From Leucoraja erinacea (Eukaryota): a DNA stretch of 64,000 nt. The stretch is from positions 5,456,001 through 5,520,000 of the forward strand of contig NC_073414.1 of the NCBI RefSeq assembly GCF_028641065.1, written 5' to 3'. Below the pieces are notes generated by a model that had not been told where the DNA came from, ran no database searches, and saw only the letters and a program-made list of their open reading frames with translations. Made by a program: the position numbers and the translations under genes. This document shows, piece by piece, positions 11,713 through 22,796 of the stretch (its first letter is position 1; every line of letters starts with the position of its first letter).

Positions 11713-12240
11713 GGGCGGCACGGTGGCACAGCGGTAGAGTTGCTGCCTCACAGCGCCAGAGACCCAGGTTCCATCCCGACTACGGGTGCTGTCTGTACGG
11801 AGTTTGCATGTACTCCCCGTGACCTGCGTGGGTTTTCTCCGAGATCTTCAGTTTCCTCCCACACTCCAAAGACGTACAGGTTTGCAGGTTAATTGGCTTG
11901 GTGTAAATGTAAAAATTGGCCCTAGTGTGTGTAGGGTAGTGTTTATGCCCCTGTCCCACTTAGGAAACCTGAACGGAAACCTCTGGAGACTTTGCGCCCC
12001 ACCCAAGGTTTCCGTGCGGTTCCCGGGGGTTTTCGTCAGTCTCCCTACCTGCTTCCACTACCTGCAACCACCTGCAACCTCCGGCAACCGCACGGAAACC
12101 TAGGATGGGCGCAAAGTCTCCAGAGGTTTCCGTTCAGGTTTCCTAAGTGAGACAGGGGCATTTGTGTGCGGGGATCGCTGGTCGGCGCGGACTCGGATGT
12201 CCGAAGGGCCTGTTTCTGCGCTGTATCTCTAAATCTAAAC
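11713..12240 (+). mobile_element. HE1-like tRNA-derived SINE interrupted by a MITE
   Basis: A box TGGCACAGCGG, degenerate B box, V-SINE-like body, (CTAAA)n tail; many partial copies (e.g. 1935-2226, 23870-24150 on -, 50818-51100, 51660-51945). Confidence 0.8.
11945..12161. mobile_element. Near-palindromic Harbinger-type MITE
   Basis: ATGCCCCTGTCCCACTTAGGAAACC TIR with ~80-bp arms; copies at 45955-46172 and (partial) 33036-33252. Confidence 0.8.
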
Positions 12241-12250
12241 CTGTTGACAG

Positions 12251-12415
12251 GACGAGATGGACGACTGGATCAAGGCTGCCTCCACAGCCATCGCGGAACA
12301 TGCAGAAATCGCCCAGCTGAGCGGCCAGATCGTCCCGACCACCTCCTCCACCGATGAAGGAAACCCCAAGCGTGACAGCGACCGAAGATTCAGCCTCTTC
12401 GGAAAGAAGAAATGA
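12251..12415 (+). CDS. SPTBN4: betaIV-spectrin last coding exon
   Basis: gacag|GAC; DEMDDWIKAASTAIAEHAEIAQ...PTTSSTDEGNPKRDSDRRFSLFGKKK*; AEHAEIA and PTTSSTDEGNPKR match recalled human SPTBN4. Confidence 0.95.
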   Translation, partial: DEMDDWIKAASTAIAEHAEIAQLSGQIVPTTSSTDEGNPKRDSDRRFSLFGKKK

Positions 12416-13164
12416 GGATAGTGTTTATTTTTGACATGACAAACTGCGGGGCCCCTTGGCATTGGGGTTGCACCTGGTGAGGTACAAATGATCTCGTCTC
12501 GAACCCCAGCAACTGATGTTTTTAATTTTATAATTTACACGGATGTTGGCCAACTGGGGCTGCTTCTTTCCGAATGGACTCGCAAGGACTTTCTACGCCC
12601 TGAGCAGAGCGGATCGGTTCCCCGTGCCTGCGCGTGAATCCTCGCGGCCCGGGGCTAGAATCTGAGCTGGAGGGGGGTGTGAGCAATGGATCCATCCATC
12701 CTTTGAGACCCAAAGCGTGGCCAGTATGTTCGGGCTCTGTGTTGCCTCTATACTCCAGTTCCATGCACGTATGGACCTGTTCCAGCTTGATCATGGTTTA
12801 TTTAATGACAATGAATATGAGAAAATATCCCCTTCCCATCAACATATTTTATTAAAAAAAAAAATGATGACCATCACGTCTTGCAAGTTTTAACCTTCTT
12901 TGCAAACACCAACCTTCTGAAGGAGGTGGACAAAAATGCTGGAGAAACTCAGCGGGTGAGGCAGCATCTCTGGAGCAAAGGAGATAGGCAACGTTTCGGG
13001 GCAGATACCCTTCAAGGAGGCAAGGTGCTTGTTTTAACCACAAATTCAACAGGCACAGTTGTTAACCGAAACACTTGCGTCACATAGTGACAATTAATTT
13101 TAAGTGTGAAGTGACCGACCAGTGATCCCCGAACACTAACACCGTCCCACACACTATAGGGACA

Positions 13165-13697
13165 TTTTACACACTCACAGACTCACACAAACTATCACTC
13201 ACGCAAACTATCACTCACACACACACTCACACACAATCTCACACTCACAGACTCTCACGGACACAGACACTCACAAACACTCACACACACACTCACACAC
13301 TCACAGACAATCTCACACACACTCACAGACTCTAACGGACACAGACACTCACAAACACTCACACACACACACACTCACACACTCACACACAATCTCACAC
13401 TCACAGACTAACGGACACAGACACTCACAAACACTCACACACACTCACAGACTCACACAAACTCACTCACACACACTCACTCACACACACTCACAAACAA
13501 TCTCACACACACTCAGACTCTCACGGACACAGACACTCACAAACACTCTCACACACACACACACTCACACACACACTCACAAACAATCTCACACACACTC
13601 ACAGACACTCACACAATCACAAACAATCTCACACACACTCGCACTCACTCACACACACTCACAAACACTCTCACACACAGACACTCACACACACATT
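13165..13697. repeat. Degenerate CA/CT-rich microsatellite
   Basis: (CA)n/(CACT)n mosaic; similar tracts in the GPCR introns at 18587-19180 and 27118-27660. Confidence 0.9.
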
Positions 13698-15169
13698 TAC
13701 AATTTTACTGAAGCCAATTAGTTTACAGACCTGTATGGCTTTGTAGTGTGGGCGGAAATACACGCAGGTCACGGGGAGAAGGTACAAACTCCGTACAGAC
13801 AGCAACCGTAGTCAGGACTTCAGTCTGAAGAAGGGTCTCAACCCGAAACATCACCCATTCCTTCTATCCAGAGATGCTGCCTGTCCCGCTGAGTTACTCC
13901 AGCACTTTGTGTCTATCTTGAGGAAAGGATTTTGTAATCGAGGGAGACGGGACTGCAATCAATGCCGTGTTAGATTACAAAAGACAGGATTACAGCGATG
14001 TGTGTTCATCATTAAAAAGCTCGAGGGAGGTTGATTGCACCCTTGGGTGTTGGGAGCTGGAGCCTGGTTGCAAACATGCGCAGACACACAGACAGACTGT
14101 AACTCGGATGTCGCTCAGACAGACACACAATGCTGGGGTGACTCAGCAGGACAGGCAGCAACTCTGGAGAGAAGGAATGGATGATGTTTTCCGAATCGAG
14201 ACCCTTCTTCAGACAGAGTCAGGGGAGAGGGAAACGAGATATATCGACGGTGATATAGAGAGAATTGGTATAAAGAAATGAAGTATAGACACAAAATGTT
14301 GGAGTCACTCAGCGGGACAGGCAGCATCTCTGGAGAGAAGGATGGGTGACATTTCGGGTCGCGACCCTTCTTCGGACCCGAAACAATCCGCTGAGTTACT
14401 CCAGCATTTTGTATCTATCTTCAGTGTAAACCAGCATCTGCAGTTCCTTCTTACACAAAGAGTGGTGAATCTCTGGAATTCTCTGCCACAGAAGGTAGTT
14501 GTGGCCAGTTCATTGGGACGGAGTTAGATGTGGCCCTTGTGGCTAAAGGGATCAGGGGGTATGGAGAGAAGGCAGGTACAGGATACAGAGTTGGATGATC
14601 AGCCATTATCATATTGAATGGTGGTGCAGGCTCAAAGGGCCGAATGGCCTACTCCTGCACCTAATTTCTATGTTTCTATGAAATAAAAGATAGAGCTCTA
14701 GGAGCTAGTGGAATCAAGGTGATATGGGGAGAAGGCAGGCATGGGTTATTGATTGGGGTGATCAGCCATGATCACAATGAATAGCGGAGCTGGCTCAAAG
14801 GGCCGAATGGCCTCCTCCTGCACCTATTTTCTATGTTTCTATATCGGTGGCTTCCACAGCTGGCTTGACATTCTGATGACATTCTAATGTCATCATGACC
14901 TTCAACTGAATTGGAATTATTGCTCATTTACATCTTTCTAGGTTACAATATAATATTTCACAAATGCATTGAAAGTGAGTCTTCCCTTTAGAACAAGCTT
15001 CCTCATTAGATGAAGCCAAAAAGATGAAAACACTTTGTACAATGAAAATATATATTTTGCAAACGAGTGAGTAACAGACTAATAATTCCCATCAAGGAAT
15101 TTACAGATGAGTAGGAAAGAACTGCAGATGCTGGTTTAAACCCAAGATGGACACATAAAGTTGGAGTAA

Positions 15170-15545
15170 AGGGCCTGTCCCACGAGCATGCGGCAAGCGC
15201 GACCAAACCGGAAACGGGGCAGCGCGGAGGTCGAGTGAATGACGTGGAGTTCGAGCGAAGTCCGCGGGAAGTCCACGCGTGACATACGGCGTCGAGACGC
15301 TGTGCACGCCCGTCGACGCGGTGCGTATGGCGTCGAGGCCGCCGTGGGCCGGCAGGCCGTTGCCGCGCGGAATTTTTGAACACGGTCAGTTTTTCGGCGC
15401 CCCGGGCGATGTCGGGACCAGCCCCGCACAACTCCATACAGCTCCGCTGATCGAAGTGGGACCGGCCCCGCGAGGCCGTACGGCTCAAGCGACCACGTTA
15501 GGTCACGCTTGCAGCATGGAGTCGCATGCCCGTGGGACCGGCCCT
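15170..15545. mobile_element. GC/CpG-rich Harbinger-type MITE
   Basis: AGGGCCTGTCCCACG...CGTGGGACCGGCCCT ends; inserted after TAA in a Penelope-derived repeat. Confidence 0.72.
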
Positions 15546-17575
15546 TTCCTCAGTGGGTCAGACAGCATCTCTGGAGAGAAGGAACAGGTGACGTTTCGGG
15601 TCGATACCCTTCTTCAGTCTAGGGTCCTTCTCTCCAGAGATCCTGTCTGACCTGCTGAGCGACTCAACTTTTTATGTCTATCTTCAAAGAATTTAGAGAG
15701 TTTAGAATAGTTTAGAGATTTCGCTTAGAGATACAGCATGCAATCTGGCCCTTCAGCCCATCGATCACCCATTCGCCGAGTTCTGTTATCCCGCTTTCTC
15801 ATCCACTCTCTGCACATGAGGAGAAACCTACAAACACGCACGTCTTTGGGATGTGGGAGGAAACCGAAGCACCCGGGGGAACCCCACATGTTCGCAGGGG
15901 GAACATGCAAACTCCACCGGGAGAGAGGAGAAGAAGGATTGACCACGGTAGGATGAGTCCTTGATTATGTCGGCTGCTTTTCCGAGGCAGCGTGAAGTAC
16001 AGATGAAGTCAACGGCGGGGAGTCTGGTCTGTGTGATGGGCTCGGCGACATCTACAACTCATAGAGTCACAGAGTGATACAGTGTAGAAACAGGCCCTTC
16101 GGCCCATCTTGCCCACTCCGGCCATCTGTACCAGTCCCACCTGCCTGCACTTGGTCCATATCCCTCCAAACCTATCTTATCCATGTACCTGTCTAACTGT
16201 TTCTTAAATGTTGGGATAGTCCCAGCCTCAACCATATGACTCAACTGTCACTGTATGTCATGTTGTTACTTGTGGGCCGAGCACCAAGGCAAATTCCTTG
16301 TATGTGAATACTTGGCCAATAAACTTACTTACTTACTTACTTAACTACCTCCTCTGGCAGCTCGTTCCATACACCCACCACCACCTTTTGTGTGGAAAAG
16401 GTTACCCCTTGGATTCCTATGAAACTCTGCAGTTTCTTGCGGTTGTGGGCGGAGCTGTTCCCAAACCCAGCTGTGATGCGACGTGACAGAATGTTGGGAT
16501 AATGATGTCCGGATGATGTAATCTGGAGTCGGACCTGAGTCTCTAGCGCTGCAAAGGGCCTGTCCCACATCGGCTATTTTTAGGTGACTGCCAGCGACTG
16601 TCATGGTCGTAGCAGGTCGCCGAAAAACCAGCGACTGGACCCCCCCCCCCCTTCGACATGAAATTTGAAATAGAATCATTACTTTAACAACAACAAAACC
16701 GAAGTCAGCACCAGCGGCAACTTACGTTAACCTGGCTACAACTACGACAGCACCTACGTCACGAGAAGTCAAGCTACGCTCATTGGCGTCAAACCCACTG
16801 TCACCGACTGTCTCCGAAAATCCAGCGGCGACCAGAAGCATCGAGACATAGAAACATAGACAATAGGTGCAGGAGTAGAGGCCATTCAGCCCTTCGAGCC
16901 TGCATCGCCATTCAATATGATCATGGCTGATCATCCAACTCAGTATCCCATCCCTGCCTTCTCTCCATACCCCCTGATCCCTTTAGCCACAAGGGCCACA
17001 TCTAACTCCCTCTTAAATATAGCCAATGAACTGTGGCCTCAACTACCTTCTGTGGCAGAGAATTCCACAGATTCACCACTCATGTGTGAAAAATGTTTTT
17101 CTCATCTTGGTCCTAAAAGATTTCCCCCTTATCCTTAAACTGTGTGACCCCTTGTCCTGGACTTCCCCAAAATCGGGAATAATCTTCCTGCATCTAGCCT
17201 GTCCAACCCCTTAAGAATTTTGTAAGTTTCTATAAGATCCCCCCTCAATCATCTAAATTCTAGCGAGTACAAGCCGAGTCTATCCAGTTTTTCTTCATAT
17301 GAAAGTCCTGCCATCCCAGGAATCAGTCTGGTGAACCTTCTCTGTACTCCCTCTATGGCAAGAATGTCTTTCCTCAGATTTGGAGACCAAAACTGTACGC
17401 AAATACTCGTTAAGACTTTTCATACTTTTCTGGGACGATGTGGAAACATATCCACAATTATTCATCAAAACAATATTTGGCATCAGCTGGAATAAGGCGC
17501 CGGTTTCAATGACAGTAATTAGCGTAAAAACGCAATGATGCCTTCCTGATGTGTTCCCTGGTGAGTGATATTAGG

Positions 17576-17583
17576 TATAAATA
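17576..17583 (+). promoter_or_regulatory. TATA box of GPCR A (equivalents at 26109-26116 and 34351-34356)
   Basis: TATAAA 60-80 nt upstream of the ATG in all three GPCR genes. Confidence 0.6.
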
Positions 17584-17636
17584 TAACAGACTGTGAATAC
17601 AGTGTATTTATTGTCCGCTGAAAACGTCCGCACACA

Positions 17637-17706
17637 ATGCACGGACTTCCAAAGATCTTGTTGTTTGCCATCTACTATCCAGTCATTGCAGCCATCGGCA
17701 TTCCTG
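17637..17706 (+). CDS. GPR139-like orphan GPCR copy A, exon 1 (MHGLPKILLFAIYYPVIAAIGIP)
   Basis: ATG about 60 nt after TATAAATA; hydrophobic start of TM1; CCTG|gtaacg, phase 1, joins 19215 to rebuild GIPAN. Confidence 0.85.
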
Positions 17707-19214
17707 GTAACGTATTAACTTTCATTTTCAATCTGCAACATTTTGTGATATACTTGTTCTCTCTTTGGTATTATTAGTTTCTATTAATTGTAGAATCGTG
17801 GCCCATGTTGCTTATGCAGATGACCCTAGAACCGGCATAGAAACAGGCCCTTCGACCCAACTTGCCCATGCTGACCAAGATGCCCCATCTACGCTAGTCT
17901 TACGTTTTGGCCAATATCCCTCTAAACCTTTCCCAACCATGTACCAGAGGATGTAGGTTTAAGATGAAGGGGAAAAGATATGAATCATGAAGGAAAAGAT
18001 TACCCCTCAGAATCCTATTCATATCTAATAATACCAACATGAGAGGAATAGATCGGGTAGATGCACACAGTCTCTTGGCCAGAGTAGGGGAATCGAGGAC
18101 CAGAGGACATAGGTTTAAGATGAAGGGGAAAAGATATGAATAGGATTCTGAGGGGTAACTTTTTCCTTCAAAGGGTGGAGGGTGTATGGAACGAGCTGCC
18201 TGAGGAGGTAGTTGATGCTGGGACTATCCCAACGTTTAAGAAACAGTTAGACAGGTACATGGATAGGACAGGTTTGGAGGGTTATGGACCAAACCCAGGC
18301 AGGTGGGACTAGTGTAGCTGGGACATGTTGGCCGGTGTGGGCAAGTTGGGCCGAAGGGCCTGTTTCCACTGTATCACTCTATGACTCTAATCTTATTATT
18401 CTCCCAGTATCGTTGATTTATTTTAATTAGAAGTTTGTAAGTGAGAGGAGCAGAATTAGGCTCATCAAGTCTACTCCGCCATTTAATCAATGGCTGGTCT
18501 CAATCCCATTCTCCTGCCTTCTCCCCATAACCATTTACACATGTGGACTAATCAAGAATCTATCTATCTCTGCCTTAAATATATCCACGCACTCTCATTC
18601 ACGCACTCTCACTCTCTCATACTCACACTCACACTCACTCTCTCAAACTCACACTCACTCTAATTCTCTCACACTCATGCTCACTCTCATTCCCTCAAAC
18701 TCACACTCACTCTCATTCTCTCATACTCACACTCTCATTCTCTCACACACTCACACTCACATTCTCTCACACACTCACTCGCACTAGCACTCACACACTC
18801 TCATTCTCTCACACACTCATTCTCTCACACTCACTCTCATTCTCTCACACACTCACACGCTCACTCTCATTCTCGTTATCTTACACACTCACACTCGCAC
18901 TCGCACTTGCACTCATTCTCGTTCTCTCACACACTCACACTCACACACTCACACTCGCACTCATTCTCGTTCTCTCACACACTCACACTCACACACTCAC
19001 ACTCGCACTCATTCTCTCACACACTCACACTCACACTCGCACTCTCACTCTCTCACACTCATTCTCACTCTCATTCTCACATTCACTCACATTCACTCAC
19101 ACTCACACTCTCTCACACACACACACTCACACTCACTCTCAAATTCTCTCACACACTCGCACTCACACTCGCACTCACTAGCATGCCCCGCTGCGTGTGT
19201 GTGGTGTCTTGCAG

Positions 19215-20116
19215 CTAACGTGGCGGTGATTTGGATCTTGTGCCGACGCCGGTGTGGGCTATCGGGCTGCATCACCTTGTACCTACTGTCCATGGCAGTG
19301 ACCGATCTGCTGGTGCTGATCACGGCGGTGATCCTGAACCGGGTTGTGGCCATGAACTCCCCGGCCAACCCGCTCACCTTCTCCCCGCTGTGCAACGTCA
19401 ACTTCGTGCTGGTGTTCGCGGTGAGGGACTGCTCCGTCTGGACAACCGTGGTGTTCACCTTCGACCGCTTCGTGGCCATTTGTTGCCACAAACTGAAAGC
19501 CACGTATTGCAGGGAGCGGATAGCAGCCGCCGTGGTCGCCACAGTCTGTGCTCTCAGCTCATTCAAGAACGCATTTCGGTATTTCATGTTTGAGCCCCTT
19601 GCTAAAGGCGAGGCCACTCCGTGCAAAATCAAGCTCTCCTTTTACACCTCGCCCGCCTGGGTGGCCTTTGACTGGATCGACAGCATCCTCACCCCCTGTC
19701 TCCCCTTCGTCTTAATTCTCCTCCTCAATTTCCTGACCGTCCGCCACATTTTAAGGGCGATTTCAACCCGCAGGAAACTCCGGGGCAACGAGGACAGAGA
19801 GGGTCAGAGGGACCCGGAGACTGAGAACCGCAGGAGGTCCATAGTCCTTCTCTTGAGCATCTCAGGTCTCTTCATCCTCCTGTGGCTCCTGGCGTTAATC
19901 ACCTTCCTCTACATCCGCATCGCCAGCGTCACCTACTTCTCCGGCTCCAACTTCAATGAGTCCAACTTCCTCCTGGAAGAAAGTGGCTACATGCTGCAGT
20001 TCCTCTGCTCCTGCGCCAATCCCTTCATCTACGCCGGCACCCAGAATAGATTCAGGGCAGAGCTGAAACTGGGGTTGAAATATCCACTCTCCCTCATTGG
20101 CAAACTGCGGAAATAA
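19215..20116 (+). CDS. GPR139-like orphan GPCR copy A, exon 2 (spliced protein 323 aa)
   Basis: ttgcag|CT; MAVTD (TM2), FDRFVAIC (TM3), LTPCLPF (TM5), NPFIY (TM7); intact to TAA. Confidence 0.9.
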
Positions 20117-21915
20117 ACCAATTAAAAAACAAAACAAACGCAAAAGTGCTGGAGGAATCAGCGCTGGAAGTGGCGCAGCGGTAGAGTTGCTGCCTTAGGG
20201 CCTGTCCTACTTACGCGACCTTCACAGGCGACTGCCCCCACCCGTGTTAGGTCGCCGAAATGTTCAACATGTTGACAATTCAGCGGCGACCAGAAAGACT
20301 CTAAGATTTTTTGGAGACCACTCACCACCATAGGAGACCTCTCATGCCCATACCGCCTGGGTTCGATCCCGACTATGGCTGCTGACTGTACGGAGTTTGC
20401 ACGTTCTCCCCGACACCTGCGTGGGTTTTCTCCGGAGATCTTCGAATTTCCTCCCACACGCTTGGGTAGTTTACACCCCAGCGGTATGAACATTGACTTC
20501 TCCAATTTCAGGTAGTCCCTGCTTCCTCCCTCCTTCCCCTCCCCTTCCCAGCTCTCCCACATCCCACCATCTCCACCTCATCCTTTCTTCTTCCCGCCCC
20601 ACCACCCTCCACCGACATCAGTCTGGAGCAGGGTCACCTATTTCCTTCGCTCCATAGATGCTGCCCTACCCGCTGAGTTTCTCCAGCATTTTTATCTACC
20701 TCCAAAGACGTTACACAGTTTGGTGTATGTGTAAATTGTCCCTAGTGTGTGTTGGGTTGTGTTAATGTGTGGGGATCGCTGGTCGGCACGGACTCGATGG
20801 GCCGAAGGGACTGTTTCTGCGCTGTATCTCTGAACTGAACTAAAAATGATTCCAGCTAATAAAAATAAAAAGGAATCATAACTTAACCACAGATGCTGCC
20901 TGACCTGTTGAGCTCGTGAATGAGTTCATAAGACAAGTTTGTTGCCACATTCATAGGAAACAAACATACTTAGTAATATTGGCCAATTCGGACTTTCTAC
21001 CTCAGTTCAGTTTAGTTTATTGTCACGTGTGTCGAGGTACAGTGAAAAGCTTTTAGATACATAGATACATAGAAAATAGGTGCAGGAGTAGGCCATTCGG
21101 CCCTTCGAGCCTGCACCGCCATTCAATATGATCATGGTTGATCATCCAACTCAGTATCCCATCCCTGCCTTCTCTCCATACACCCTGATCCCTTTAGCCA
21201 CAAGGGCCACATCTAACTCCCTCTTAAATATAGCCAATGAACTGTGGCCTCAACTACCCTCTGTGGCAGAGAGTTTTGTTGTGTGCTAACCAGTCAGCGG
21301 AAAGACAACACATGATTACAATCGAGCCATTCGCAGTGTACAGATACATGATAAGGGAATAACGTTTAGTGCAAGGTAAAGTCCTATCAAGGATAGTCCG
21401 AGGGTCATCAAGGAGGTAGATAACAGTTCAGCACTGCTCCCTGGTTCCTGGAGGAACTATTAAAACTAACAATAATAAAAGGAATAAAAAACAATAAAAA
21501 GCTCCATAGATGCTGCCTCACCCGCTGAGTTTCTCCAGCATTTTTGTCTACCTTCGATTTTTCCAGCATCTGCAGTTCCTTCTTAAACATAATAAAAGGA
21601 GTAGTAATTTAAACAAGCATCCCACATTTTAGTTGTAGCAACAATATTGGACAAGTTCTACCTGTCATGTCCCTATACTACAGAGAGCCACCCCCGCACA
21701 CTAGCAATATCCTACACACACTAGGGACAATTCAGAAATGACAGAAGCCAATTAACCTGCAAACCTGTACGTCTTTGGAGTGTGGGAGGAACCCGGAGCA
21801 CCCGGAGGAAATCCACGCGGTCACAAGGAGAACGTGCAAACTCCGTACAGACAGTACCCGTAGTCGGTATAAGGCAGCAACTCTACCTCTTGGAATAGAT
21901 TAAATGTTTCTTCAT

Positions 21916-22796
21916 AGAAACATAGAAATTAGGTGCAGGAGTAGGCCATTCGGCCCTTCGAGCCAGCACCGCCATTCAATATGATCATGGCTGATCATCC
22001 AACTCAGTATCCCGTACCTGCCTTCTCTCCATACCCCCTGATCCCCCTAGCCACAAGGGCCACATCTAACTCCCTCTTAAATATAGCCAATGAACTGGCC
22101 TCAACCACCCTCTGTGGCAGAGAGTTCCAGAGATTCACCACTCTCTGCGTCAAAAAAGTTCTTCTCATCTCGGTTTTAAAGGATTTCCCCTTTATCCTTA
22201 AGCTGTGACCCCTTGTCCTGGACTTCCCTAACATCGGGAACAATCTTCCTGCATCTAGCCTGTCCAACCCCTTAAGAATTTTGTAAGTTTCTATAAGATC
22301 CCCTCTCAATCTTCTAAATTCTAGAGAGTATAAACCAAGTCTATCCAGTCTTTCTTCATAAGACAGTCCTGACATCCCAGGAATCAGTCTGGTGAACCGT
22401 CTCTGCACTCCCTCTATGGCAATAATGTCCTTCCTCAGATTTGGAGACCAAAACTGTACGCAATACTCCAGGTGTGGTCTCACCAAGACCCTGTACAATT
22501 GCAGTAGAACCTCTCTGCTCCTATACTCAAATCCTTTTGCAATGAAAGCTAACATACCATTCACTTTCTTTACTGCCTGCTGCACCTGCATGCCTACCTT
22601 CAATGACTGGTGTACCATGACACCCAGGTCTCGCTGCATCGCCCCCTTTCCCAATCGGCCACCATTTAGATAATAGTCTGCTTTCCTGTTTTTGCCACCA
22701 AAATGGATAACCTCACATTTATCCACATTATACTGCATCTGCCAAACATTTGCCCACTCACCCAGCCTATCCAAGTCACCCTGCAGTCTCCTAGCA
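21916..22796 (-). mobile_element. Young 5'-truncated CR1 LINE (open RT C-terminal ORF)
   Basis: 265-aa ORF ([37 protein letters not shown]), (TTTCTATG)n tail, TTCAT duplication; empty site at ~30450. Confidence 0.93.

Noticed and set aside
11713-11790. tRNA genes
   Set aside because: A/B-box heads run straight into SINE bodies and no full cloverleaf could be built
15006-15650. GC-rich overlapping ORFs suggesting a horizontally acquired bacterial gene
   Set aside because: Bounded by Harbinger-type TIRs; ORFs have no recognisable domain and arise from high GC
19199-19214. ORF-track starts of the GPCRs (19199, 27678, 37690) as intronless genes
   Set aside because: These are GTG/TTG codons inside splice acceptors; the real ATG and first half of TM1 are in upstream exons
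18907-19218. His/Ser/Thr/Leu-rich protein
   Set aside because: Translation of an intronic CA/CT microsatellite
19093-19632. Antisense ORFs over the GPCR and SPTBN4 exons
   Set aside because: Expected shadows of GC-rich codon usage; no splice or motif support
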